DNA from: Klebsormidium nitens
Lineage: Eukaryota; Plantae; Klebsormidiophyceae
Assembly (NCBI GenBank): GCA_000708835.1
Contig: DF237098.1
Span: 86,312-150,311 of the forward strand
Direction of reading: 5' to 3'
Length of the DNA stretch: 64,000 nt
Shown here: positions 1 through 13,000 of the stretch, piece after piece
Numbering within the stretch: the stretch's first letter is position 1
How the letters are laid out: every line of letters begins with the position of its first letter
Notes under the pieces: model-generated
The model's database searches: none
Seen by the model: the letters and a program-made list of their open reading frames with translations, nothing else
What the model was told of the DNA's origin: nothing
Position numbers and translations under genes: made by a program

Positions 1-19
1 GCTGAAAGACTCAAAAGTT

Positions 20-143
20 ATAGAAGAGCGGATGCGATGACGACGACCCTGGACCGTTTGTGGTACTATAAATACTAACTCGCAATATATAAGAGCGGAT
101 GCGACGACAACGACGCTGGACCGTCTGTGGTTCTATAAATACT
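20..143. repeat. Imperfect direct duplication (about 56 bp x2) downstream of the GH10 gene
   Basis: AAGAGCGGATGCGA.GAC.ACGAC.CTGGACCGT.TGTGGT.CTATAAATACT occurs twice. Confidence 0.85.
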
Positions 144-379
144 CGCAAGATGTTCATATGTCATATCTCTCGGCCGTTTCTAGGCCAATCGGGCACTCTC
201 GATAGCAGCTACAACCAAAGTTTACCCCACGGAGGGCTTACGAAATAAGGAATGGTAGCGGGGTTCCAGTAACCCGGCAAACCTGACCGTAAAACATCTA
301 GCGTTCTGGAGATTGCTACCAGCATTCAATGCCTCAAATCAAAGCTCAAGAACGAAACTCGCCGAAGCACTTGTTCTCT

Positions 380-498
380 CTGCCCAGAGCCGGAAGCTAG
401 GGAGAAGCTCAAACGAATCACCTTCCAAAGATGATAACTGCCCAGAGCCGGATCGCTCGGGAGAAGCTCAAACGAATCACCTTCCAAAGATGATAACT
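380..498. repeat. Tandem duplication with 58-bp period
   Basis: CTGCCCAGAGCCGGA...GATGATAA starts at 380 and 438. Confidence 0.9.
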
Positions 499-555
499 TA
501 TTCAAAGGAAACCTGTGCTGTAACGCTAGCTTGACTCGCCGCTGTTGCGTGTCCG

Positions 556-1072
556 TTACGCTCCCTGGTAACGCCCCGAGGCGCAGGTGGCGTGGCCGTT
601 GTCAAACTGACCGCACCCCTGGCCGTCGCAGCAGATGAAGCCGGAACCATCCGGGCCGTAGCACTGCGGCGACAAAGAAAGCGGTTTAGTCACAGGCAGC
701 GATCATGGAGTGATAGTCCGAATGACTCGACCATGGAATAAGGCACCTATCTTAGACTCGCTCGGCCTTTCCCAGGCCCCGTATAAGTAGGCAGTGCGCC
801 TGACACACAAGTTTCTTCACAGAGACGTAGGTAGTACGCTCTTAGTAGTGAGAAATTTCGTCAAGATCCGACGATCGAGGGAGGCAATGATAGGGAGGAG
901 GACGCGTGGCATAAAAAATGGCCCAAAAGCCAGTAGACCGGAACGGAACAAAGAAACCTGAAGGAGCAGGGGCCGGAACGGCAAAGTTGAACGAGGAAAA
1001 ACAGGTAGGAGGCGGTTCCCGTTGCACTAACCTGGTTGGGGAAGGGGCTCTGGAAGTCGCAGAGTCCGCCCG
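556..1072 (-). other. Six-Cys module, copy 3 (C-terminal) of the GH10 protein
   Basis: GLCDFQSPFPNQ|CYGPDGSGFICCDGQGCGQFDNGHATCASGRYQGA-stop, from exons 1072-1032 and 663-556. Confidence 0.85.
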
Positions 1073-4000
1073 CTGCAAGGACGGAACGACCCAGCGGAAT
1101 CAGTGTCAGTGTGTGGGCTCTTGAGCTTGAGCAGTCAAGATAGGTCACACAAAACAGTCCACCGACAGCCTAATCTGGTACGCCTTTCCTCTGTAGGCTG
1201 CCAAACCGATCCCGCAAACCCGTTTTCCATCTGAAGTGTTTATCGCTAGCAGCTCGAAGCTCCACTTTCATGTAGAAAGATATGTGCACTACCTGGACAC
1301 AATTCCGGGAAAACGTCCGTTAACCATTCAAGGTTAGGCAAATATCCCAAATGCTAGAGCCACTGACCTGCGCTCGGGTTGGGAACGCCTCCTGGTGCCG
1401 GGGTCGGGTTAGCCGGGGCGGGTGTCGGGTTAACCGGTGCAGGAGTCGGGTTAACGGGTGCCGGGGTCGGGTTTGCGGTCGGGGAAGGGGTTACTGGGGT
1501 TGGGTTAGTGGGAGCCGGAGTGGGGTTAGAGACCGGGGAACCAGGGTACCGGTTGCTGGCACACGTGGCACTAGAGCCGGAGGCGCCGCCGCAGCCGCTA
1601 GTGTCACAGCAGACGAAGGAATCACCGCCGGGGGAGTAGCACTGCAAAAAGTGGTTAACAAGGGTTAGCGACCCGGTCAAGGCGTGTACTGCGAAGAGGT
1701 TTCCTTGCATGCATATGCTGCGGAATCTTCTTCCGGAGCCCACGTATGGAAAGGGGCTTAGCACTGGCGAGCAGAAGAGGCTAGTTTTTACCGGTCAGAT
1801 ATTGAATTAGCATACAATTGTATACGACACAGGCTGTCGTGACTTGGAACAAAACTGCATCTTGTAGAACGGGTCTGCAGCCTGCAATCTGGAAGCAGAT
1901 AAACAGTCGTGCCGTTGTTTAACCCAGGAACTCTAACCCACCTGGTTAGGGAAGCCCGGCACTCCGCCACAGGTGCCACCTGCACACACAACGTAGCAGG
2001 TTACGTCAGCTCCTCCAAGCAAGACAATCAATGGTGACGTCAGCTCTCGAAAGCAAGGGGATAATCACAGCTGTCAAGTAGACTTCAGTGCAGAGCTTCA
2101 CAGCTGTGTTTTTATTGCCGCCTTACGAGTCCATAAGCACGGTTGGAACCGTAAGAACAGCAAATTCGGTTAGTCGGCCTCTTCGACCGAGGCGCTGCTT
2201 GCAAGATCAGGGGCTTAACGTCGAGCATGGCATTATAATCAAGAGCTAGTCCTTAACCTAGCTTCGGCTTTCCAATATCCATGAGTACGATGCGAATCGC
2301 AAACAAGACATTGCAGACGTGAGACTGAAAGGTTTTTTTTGCAGAAGCAAAACAGGTCCGCCTGCCGTCTTTGACCCTCAACAACTCACCCCTTCGGTAC
2401 CGCTGAATAGACAGGGCAACTTTCGGATTGATTACGAGTACGTGACTATGTGCTGACGCCACACAGCTTGTGACTGTTGGGCGACTAACCCCCTACTAAC
2501 CCCCGTTGAAATCGGGAAAAACAGCAGGCGTCAAAGTATCCTTTTATAGCTCTCCGTTTGAACGGGAACTTCAGAGTTAACCCGAAATGAGTTGTGGGGT
2601 TAGCGAACATACCCGCTGGGGAAGGGGCAGGGACGCCGCCAGGTGGCGCGGATGCTGCATAAGGAAAAGACGTAACATCTTATTTCCAAAGATCATTCTC
2701 AATTGATATGCGCACAGGGATTTGAAGCCCAGTATCTCTTTCGCCGCTCTCTGCATCAAGACCGGGTGTCAGCACGAGCCTGCCGCTGATCGTTTTGCTT
2801 CCTAGCTTCTGATGCGACGAAGTAATCTCGTAAAAAATGCACTGTACATCTAGACTGGAACGAAATAGTTGTGGCAAGGAAACGCGGAAGCGTGAAGCCA
2901 ATGAAGGTGGCGCATTTGAGCTGTTAAAGTAGACTTACTGGGTGATGACGTGGCAGTCGGGGTAGTAGTCGGACCTGCTGTCGGGGCGGGCGTGGCAGAA
3001 GAGCCGGTGAGGCTCAGAACGACGTTCCTTTGCACTGCAAAAAGCGGAGAGAAAACTCTCAGTCACTAAAACTGCATCTGAGACGCGTTTCTGGTGTGGG
3101 TGTCTGCGAACAACATCTAAGACACGTTTTTGGTATGGCGTGCACGCAGAAACTCCTCAGCAATGAAGTCCATTCTGCGCTCAAGACCAAGTCAGTGGCA
3201 GTCTGCCATCCCTCTACTCCGGAGCTTTTGGTGGCGACCTTCTAGCCTTTGCCTTACCGCTAGAAGGTCGCCACCAAAAGCTCCCAAGTAAAGTGTTCCT
3301 GCTGTTGCGGGGCATAGGTCCGCCTCCAAGCGTAGAGCCGGCGACGAATTACCTTCCTCTGATAAGAGCTCTTCCGTGGCGAGCATTTTGTGGAACACAG
3401 CCAGACTATCGCCGCGATTTTGAAACGTCACCGCCGTACTCACAATGTAGAGCTACTACCCGTTAGATCTGACGGTCCACCTTTTAGTGGCGACCACTCA
3501 GCGCAGAACCAACCCCGGAATGTCGCTGCAAAATATGCAAAACCGGCTTCGACTTACCTCCCGGGGTCTCTGGGACGGTGAACGTCTTGGTCGTTGTGAC
3601 GCCGCCAACGGTGATCCTCGCTTCGAAGTTGCCAAAGAAGGCGTTGAAAGTGGGGAGCCGGCCGCTGCCGTCCGTCGTGCCGGTTCTGGGCGGCGTAGTG
3701 AACTCGTTCTTGAGAGCCTGCGCACACGAGATTTTCAGCCTTAACCAACTTTCAAAAGCCTGCATCATCAAGCCCATCTACCGCAGACTCCCACCTGTCG
3801 TAGCTCAAAGCCTTCGACTAAGACTCGAACATTCCTTTTTCGTTTCGAGTCACTCTCCAGAAACTTCGACTAACATTGATTGTCCGGCACTTGGTAAGAA
3901 TCTGAGACGGCTTTCACTTGGTAAGGTCTGAGACGGCTTTGTGGATTTGTTTCTAAGAGCCTACAGGAACGTCTCCGAACAAAGAACGAAGGGCGAAGAA

Positions 4001-7000
4001 CAGTCGCGCCCCATAGCAAATATAAGTACGACAAGCAAAGGGAGCCAAAACCAAATGGACGCGTGGCACTGACCCCGGTTGCGGTCGTACTCCAATTCTC
4101 AACTCGTAGTTGCGAGTATCCAAAAGAGAGACAGGACGACGGTCGCCAGTCCAAACCAAGCCGAATCAAGGAGATTTGCGAGAAGCTTACCTGCACTCTC
4201 TGACCGGCGGCATTCAGGGTAAAGTCCAGGTTGACCAGGCACGCGTTGCACTGGCCGCCGTTGCGGTCATACTCCGACTGCGGCTGGTAGTTGTACCAGA
4301 AGAGGAAACCCTTGACTGCGGGATGCGCGAAGCACTCGCGGAAGATGAACTCGAGATAGTCGGCGCGTTTGTTGACGTCCAGAATGTTGACGTTCACTTC
4401 GGACATCCAGATGGGGATGCCGGCGCTCGCGACCTTGTCGAGGCGCGCGCGCAGCTGGAGGGGCTCGACTCCCAGGAATTGGCCCTGCAATCAAGACTGT
4501 TTCCTTTCAAGATCTCAGACTTTCAAAAGAGGCAAGCAGTACTGATACCGGAGCTGGCAATTCTGTCGAGGCGCTGACGCGATTGGAGGGACTCCACTCC
4601 TAGAAAAGGCGTCTGCAAGTGCTTATGGGGGTATAAGGAGAAGTCGTTTGTATCTGCTTTAGACCCGTTTTTAGAAGCGCGTGCGCAGTAGGACGTTTCG
4701 ACGTCAGAGGATGCGCGAGACTCGCTGGGACTAACTCTTAGGCCTTGCCGCATCTATTGGGGTCATATCCTCCACCATCAAGTGTTTCGGTCATATCCTA
4801 CACCAAGGACTCATTTCTTCTAGCAATTGATTTGATGTGCCTGTGAACCCTTTTAAGCCCGTACAAGCAGATCACGGGAAGGCCAGGACGTCAGTCAGCA
4901 GCCCACGTGACGTCAATGCGGCTCATTACTGTAGCGTTTATTCGATGGCGGATCTTTCTCCTAGCGTTTGTTTTATATTTCTGTGAGGCTTTTGAGCTCA
5001 AGCAAGGACGCACCTGGAACGCCAAGATGTCGATCGGGAGCCCACGTGACGTCAGCGCGTTCAGCTGGTTCAGGTAAAACTCGGGATAGGCAACGGGATC
5101 GGAGCACGTCTCCACGTAGTTGTAGTCTGCGAAGGAAAAGGAGAGTGGTTCTTCGAAAGCGACACCTGGATGATCGAGGTTCTCCCAGTTCTTCCGTGTG
5201 CTGCAAGAAGGACTCTAGCGAAGGCCACGAGTCATGGAACATGTCTCGAGGTAGTTATGCTCCACGGAACCAAAAGCAAAAAGAAAGTGAAGGGGGGCGA
5301 CACGTGAATAGATAATCCTCGAGATCAAAACTTGGTGCAGGTGTTGACAGACCAATGGACGTTGACGGAGAAAGTTAAGAGCGGCAACAGTCAATCCGGT
5401 ACATCTCGTTGCTCAACGCATGCGTCCGGTCCCCTTCGATCAATTCAGAATTGGAGTCAACAAGCAAGAGTAGATTCCACAGTAAGGACAAGGGCAAAAT
5501 TCTCCTCAGCTTTTGACCTACCGTTGAGGGCATTCTTCACGTTGGGGTCGATCGCCTTCACGGCGGGATACATCCAGTCATCGATCGCGTTTCCAAGCTT
5601 GTTCTCGTAGTAACTGCACACGGAGGAGGACGGATCGATGAAAATTGGGGATATCCAGGTCTTGAGATTCTGAATGTAAGGTCAGCTTCCTCTCGAAAAC
5701 AATCTTCCTAATCAGAATCATAGATGTAGATTTGGCAGTCTCTCCCCAAACAATCTTCCTACTCAGACAGAGTCGTGTCTCAGGTTCTTCTGAAAGGGCC
5801 GTCGATTGAGCCCACTTTGTTATGGAAAAGCCTAGCCAGATTAGCTCCTTAATAGGATGATTACCAGCGTCCACCTCAGTACTGTGCCTGTATCGCGGAA
5901 CGCAACAAGCACATCCTTCTATGGAGTAACAGCCGAGTAACAGCCAACTGTCGTGTCAAATTGGTTGTGTCGGGTTCGTTGTTCCTGAGAAAGACTCACC
6001 CGCCCTTGAACTGCTCGTTGTTGACGTCCCAGTGAATGACCTGCAACCAACATAAACTCAGGTTGTAAGCTTTCAGAACTATGGATTTTTATTGCTATTC
6101 CAAGATTCGCTGGGGAGTACAAGTATGCAATTAACCAGAGAAGCGACCTTTCCAAAGCACAGGTTCGGGTCTGGCAACTGTCAAGAGCATGCGACTCAAG
6201 CAAGGGAGGATTTTGACTACAACCTTTAATGTCTCTGCTCAATCTCGTTTTGCGCCTCCACAGATCTCTAGAGGCAATTCCGTAATCAGTGCAAACGACA
6301 AGGCGCTTGAAACGGAAAGATGCATTGCCAAAGCTACTATGGATCGGACCAGCCCTCCTATCAACTAAAAAGGTTGCTTGATGTATTTTAGGCCCACTCT
6401 TTCTTGGGGACGACTGACCCGCAGCTAGCGCCCCCTTTGTTTCCGTGATTACGTGCCTCAGTCGAAATTCGACATTGATCCAACCTTCGCCGTTCCCTGG
6501 TTTGGCCCCCTCTTACCAAGAACCAAGTTTCCGACTTTGTTTGATGCCCATTGAACTAACATGGTTAAGGGCGAAATGTTGCTGTGACTATCGTTAGAAC
6601 TTACCCGTCCCTTGTAGTGCGACACGATACTTTGGAGCCGCGCCACCATCGCCTTGTAGAGGTCGCTGTTGGGAATGCCTCCAGCGGTGCTTAGAGCGGC
6701 GACCCAAGGCTGCGCAAGGAACGCACTTTTTTGAGGAGAAGGCCTGGCGTCCTTACTTACTTCACGGATCTTTTCTTTGTGTTTATGAACTCTCAGATTA
6801 ACAGTCTGTTCCGGGGGTTTGCCCCCGGCGGCGCTCAGGGCGGCCACCCAAGGCTGTAAAAAGCGCGCAAATGCTCAGGTTAGGAATTTCCTCTTTTGTA
6901 TGTTGCAGATTCTTGGAAGCCGTAGGGTTTCTGAGTACGAGAAAGCCCCCGGCAGTGATCAGAGGGACAACCGAGAGCTGCACACATCGCGCAAAATTGT

Positions 7001-10000
7001 AGCCGTTCATGGTTTTTAGAAGGATTGGGCTTTCGGGGTTTGAGAATAGTTTAGGGCTGTAGCAATACAGGTCGCTCAGGGATCTGCCAAAAGCTGGTCC
7101 CAGATTGACAGTCAGAGGGTGCCAAGTGCACGCGGATTCACACGTTTACTATTTGAGGTGGCAGCTGATCCTCCTATGCGTCTCGCTTCCAGAAGCTAAG
7201 AAATCCTGCAACGGGCTTGCAGGAATTTCAGCTGTTGCTAGCCAAACGTAGACTGCTCTGGCTTGTGAAGACCGCCGAGCAAACCACTCGGAAACCCTAA
7301 ACGCACCAAACTAGAGCGGTGAGCCCACCGAAAATACGTTCGGGACGTCTCAGAAGACTATGTGCAAGGGCAAGCTTGTTTGCCAAGCGTTGCTTAACTA
7401 TTTTTGCTGAGCGTTGCTCAACTATCTCTTCACCAATGTTGTTGCACAACATCCTTTGGGACATCCCGAGCGTAATCCAGGTGGGCTCCCAGCTCTAGTT
7501 TCAAGGCGTCAAGAATCAATCGTTGAGCGCTTCTTGAACTTTCTAGACCGATTCTAATCAGCAATTGGACGTCTTGAGAGCACGAACTAGAGCGGGGAGC
7601 CCACCTGGATAAGGCTCGGGATGTCCCAGAAGATGTTGCGCAACAAAATTGGTGTAGACATAGTTAAGCAACGCTTAGCAATCAACTTAAAAGTCCTGAA
7701 AGCACCAACTAGAGCGGGGCATTTCACCTGGATCACGCTCGGGATGTCCCAGAAGATGTTGTGGCCACGCACGGGAATTCCGTTCTGGTCGCAAAACTCG
7801 AGCATCGCGTCGGGAACGCTGTAGTCGAACGTGGGGCCGTTGGGGTCCGTGAAGTACCACTTCATCTCGTTCTCAAACACTGCAAGCCGAAAACGACGGG
7901 TTTAGAGACGGGAATGGACATAGAAGCAGAAATGATTGACCGGAAAGGAGAGTCGGTGATGAAGCAAACCGTGTAAACAACACTTGGTCTCATTTGCGAA
8001 GACTACAGGCCAGAGTGCCCGTTTGAGAACATCAATGGCAAAAGGAATGGAGTTTAAGAACCGGACAAAGCACCAACAAAGCAATCTGTGTCCCTGTCGA
8101 AGGCTTCAGGATAAAGCCAACTGGATATTTTGACGGTCTGACAACCAGTTCCGCTTGGAAAAGTGGAAGGATGGAGAGCAGAATACGAAAAAAAAATCTA
8201 GACAAGCTGCGGAGTTTCTGAGACGGCCACATTGACTACACTCTCGTAACAGCAGTTACAAAGAGATCTGTTTTTCGCTGCAAAGGAGCAAAACTCCCTT
8301 TACGTACTCACCAGCTGTGTTGAAGAGTGACTTGAAGTAGTTCGCATAAGCCGGGGACGTCAGAACGAGTTGCTGAAGCGATCCTCCGAACGGGAAGGAC
8401 GTCCGGGTCTGAGTGAGTTGGACGGTGGCGCCGGACACGGGGTTGTTGCTGGCGTCAACGACCTGGACGCTGACGTCAGTCTTCCGGATCTGCAAAAGGA
8501 AGGGACGTCGAGTCGTAATCGACGAGCAAGGGGTGTGGGGCGAGTAGTAATCTGCATCGGGCGGGGGCAACTAGGGGTGTCGGATGCTCACTTTGGTCTG
8601 TTTGGATGCAACAGAAAGAAGAGAAGTTTGAGTCGTAGGGAAAGTGGAGCAGAACCCAACGATTCTGGGCGTCAGCAAGATGTAAGCAGATTGATTGAAT
8701 CACGGGTTTGGTTAACGACATTCACCGCAACAGTGCGAACAGCCAGATTGATTTCAAATCCTCTGGCACCTAGATGATGGACACAGGATGCAAGCAATCT
8801 TGCTAGCACTGAGTGACTGAGGTCTGTTAACCAGGATGGTTAGCAATCCTGGGTAACCACTTGACGCGGCAGTCCAGGCAACCAGATCGTTGAAATACTG
8901 GTTCTTGGGCACCGAGGAAATGGACACGGCGTGTACCCAGGCGCGAGTATCGAAGAATGGGTTACATTCTTGGTTAGCTACTCACCGCAGCAGTGCGGGC
9001 AGCCAAATCGTTGAGGTACAGGTTCTTGGGCACGGAAATGATGGAGACGGCTTACACCCGTAACGAAGGTTCGTTGACCGATATCCGGGCTATCTTGACC
9101 AGTTCGGTCAGCAACTTAACGCAGCAGTGCGGGCTGCTAAATCGTTAAGGTACAGGTTCTTGGGCACCGAGATAATGGAGACGGCGTGCAGCCCAAGCTT
9201 TACACCCGTAACAAAGGTTCGTTAACCAATACCCGGGCTATGTTAACCAGTCGATTAGCAACTTACCGCAGCAGTGCGGGCAGCCAAATCGTTGAGGTAC
9301 AGGTTCTTGGGCACGGAAATGATGGAGACGGCGTGCAGCCAAAGGTCCTGGTTGGTGATGCCTTGCAGGCGGACGTCGACTCTGTTGGGAACCGCTTGGA
9401 TCTGGTAACCGGCGGAGAGAAGGGACCAGCATCCGACCTTGGCAACCAGAACCGCACCTGTGAAATGATACTTTCTCTTGTCAGATTCTAGATTATGGAG
9501 GTTCTGAAGTTTTGGGCTCAAAAGTGGACGTCGACTTTGTTGAGCACGGCTTGAACGTGATGAACCGGCGGAAAGAACCAACCTAGCAACTACGCTTCGT
9601 AGCTAGGACGGCACCTGCAAGCAAGAAGTTCGATGTTCTAAAGTTGAGGATGTGAATCGGAGAGTATCAGGTTCAAGACTGACGCCGACTCTCTAGAAAC
9701 CGGCTTAGACTTCGCAACCAAGGGAGTGCAGGGGTCGGCAGCCGACCTTGTCGACTAGAACGGCACCTGTTGCAACCAGAATGGCACGTGCAAGGAACAC
9801 GTTCTTGAGATGAAGATTTTCAATTTGAGAGCTTTGAAATTGCAGGACTGCATTGCTGTTGCAAAGTAATTGGAGCGCAAGCACCACCAACGGCAGAAGG
9901 AACAGTCACCGAGCAGGAATCAAGTGGGTCTTACCTGCACACACGTAGTCGCCGTTGATCACGAAGTTGAGGTCCATCTTGAACTCGGAGTTGGCGCCGG

Positions 10001-13000
10001 GGCCTAGTCGCACCCAGAACAGCACCTGCTGCTGCGAACCGACGGGGACGGAACTGCCCGGGAGTGTGAACGAGAAGGCCTTGAAATTGGCGTTGATGTT
10101 CGTCAGGCGCACGTACGGAGTGCCATCGCTGCAAAAAACAAGGCCCAAAACTTTCAACTGGAGAAACATACAAACGAGAAGAGAAGTGAAGTAGTTGGAA
10201 GTCTATCGCAATGCGAAGCGCCCGGCAGAGTGCAAAAAAAGAAGGCCTTGAAGTTGGCGTTGATGTTCGTCAGGCGCACGTACGGAGGGCCGTCGCTGCA
10301 CAAAACAAGGCCCGAAAGTTTGGGGATATTCCATGATTCTGTTCCTGCACGCGACCTTCCTGGGTGGACTGCTTGATTGCCCGGGAGGGTGAGTGAGGAG
10401 GCCTTGTCGTTATGTTTGATGTTCGTCGGGCGGACATACGGAGGGCCGTCGCTGCAAGAAACAAGGCCCCCCCAAAAAAGGCCGTCCCCCGGAATTGGAT
10501 TCCAACGACGGACCGGATAAGTGCCCAGGAGAATGAATGATATTGGATGACAAGGTCTCGAAGTTGGCTTTCGTGTTTGTGCTTAAGGCTAATGAACGGA
10601 GTACCGTCGCTGCAGAACACAAAATCCCAAATAAAGTTCTGCGGTGTTCGTTCGGAGATCAGTGTTTACGACGGGCAACAGCAAAGTGGCCACGAAAGAA
10701 TGAAAGGTGTCCGACCTTTTAAGGGAGCCGCACACCTCGGTGAAGAACGTTTGGTCGGAGTCAAATCTCTGTCAACTCCCATATAAGCAAAGACGGAAAA
10801 GACGTGCCGACGACCGGGGATGATACCCGCCCACCTCGTCCACTGTTTTTGTCGATTGACACATTTATGCGGATACTAAACGAGCACCGGGACGTCCCAA
10901 CGACCGGGGGGGTCATCCGCCCACCTCATCTGCTGCTACACTTACCGGCTGTAAATTCTTAACCATTCGACTTCGCACTTCTGCGGTTACCCGAAAAAAA
11001 CGTTTCGACGACCAGAAGGGAATCGCCCACCTCGTCTCCTTATGAAACGACAGCTTTGGTATTCTGCTGATACCACAACAGCGACGAAAAAAGGAAATCG
11101 GGCGACTGCCCACCTCGTCTGTTGGAATGACAGGTCGCCATCGCAGTCGGGGAAGCAGTGCCAGTCGCCCGGAACCCCGCCGTTGGGAACGCCGGTAACT
11201 AGGTTGTTGTAGCCTGGGAGGGGGCCGGAGTTCACCAGGTTCGAGCACCACTGTCAAAGCAGAAGCGGAACGTGTGAGCTCGAAGTTTCGGGTTCCAAAC
11301 CTGACACATATTCGTAATTCAGCGAGTAACTGGCGGAAGGGAAGAGGTCAGAAAACTGCGGTCGATTGATTGGTAGGGGGACAATTACAGAGGCTAAGGA
11401 GGAAGGTAATAGCAGGGGGTCCCGAATGTTAAGTTTGGAGGCAGCGGAAAGTCTTCTGCACTCGCAGTTTACTGCAGTTTCCAACTAAAAGAAAGACGCA
11501 GGAATTATCCTGGGGTAGAGACACACGCTCGTCCGATGCGTCGTAACGGCGATCGAAGCGGTTGAACATTTGGTCAAGTAGTCAGAGCTGCCCACGGCTG
11601 ACGGAATCAAACGGATCGGTACGAAGACGGCTGGAGGACGGCTGATTTGAGTTTCTCCGTACTTCTAGCACCCAGCGACCTTGCCGTTTGATTGTTTGCG
11701 CATCCCAATTAGACGTTCAAGGACTCTGTTCTCTGGCCTGATCTTTGCTGGTTACATGCCTCCACTTCATTCAAACAGTGCTACTAATGGTTTCAGTAAC
11801 CCTGAGACTGCTCCGCTCAGACGACTGAAGGCGAGAGGGCTTCGAATGGCCCAAAAAAGCTGGGGGCTGTTCTCACCGAGCTCTGGACGGGGTCGAAGTT
11901 GGGGTTGAATGCAGCTGCAAGGGCGAACACGAGAGATGTGAATAAACGCGAGCATGTGCAATCAATGAGCATGTTTCCAGAGAGTCTCGAGTCGGACGTT
12001 AGGCACTCACCCGAGTTGATGGAAACCTTAAGAGGATCACTTGAAGCCCTCACGCTTTGGGTCCCAATATTTCGCCATTGCGGAGGCAGTGTAATCGGGG
12101 GCTAGAAAGCAAGCGCGGGTGTCCCACTTTTCCGTTTCAGATGCACACGTGGCGGCTCCTAAGATCTTGATTTTCCTTTCACAAACGTGGACTGGGATAC
12201 GACACCTCAAGTCACGCGGAATAACCACTGGAGTCCGAAACGGACAGCGTGAAATGCCGGGTGCTTGGATGTGTCCAGACCAAACACGTGGAGATGAATT
12301 TCTCAACTGCCAGCTTTGCAATCCTTGAAAGTTTTCAGAAGCTTAGATTTGCCGAAGCCTCCTTTGCCGTAACTAGGTTCACGTGATAGTGCATAAACAA
12401 AGGGAAGCAGCCAGCAATTGCAACCACGTCAACGAAGCCTTGAAGATACACGTGTCCAGAACCGAGCACTTACCAAGCGGCTGCTGGTGTAAGACCGGGT
12501 CGGCTTAGCTAAAGCCTTAGAACCCTAAACCCTAAAATCCTAAAAACCTAATGTCAAAGGGGTTTTGCCAAGTCACTTTCAGAGGCCAACGTGAGGTTGA
12601 AGGAGTGCCAGTGTACGACACAATGGAACCGAACGATATAGCTCTCCTTGAAATGTTTATACTGAAGTAAGTAGGAAGAACAAGCGTTTGCAGAAATCCA
12701 AGCACTTAGAGATACTTCGATTTCATGACGTACGGGTAAGCGCCATGAAGGGTAACATCAATACTTCACCAAAAACCTAAACATGCTCCGCACTCGTACC
12801 CTAACCCCCTAAGCAACCCGTCACTGTTAACCTTCAAGGCTCTTAACCTTCATAAATGCCACCAGGATTACTTACGGGGTGTCGCCGGAGTAGCCGGTGG
12901 CGGGTTAGACGTTCCAGGGGACCCGCTAGGGTACCTCCCGGAGGCACACGTGGCAGCAGCGCCGTTGGACAGCCCGCACGACTGGGTGTCGCAGCACACG

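Noticed and set aside
11520-11660. Extra GH10 exon
   Set aside because: In-frame stops in the required phase; exons 5 and 6 join correctly without it.
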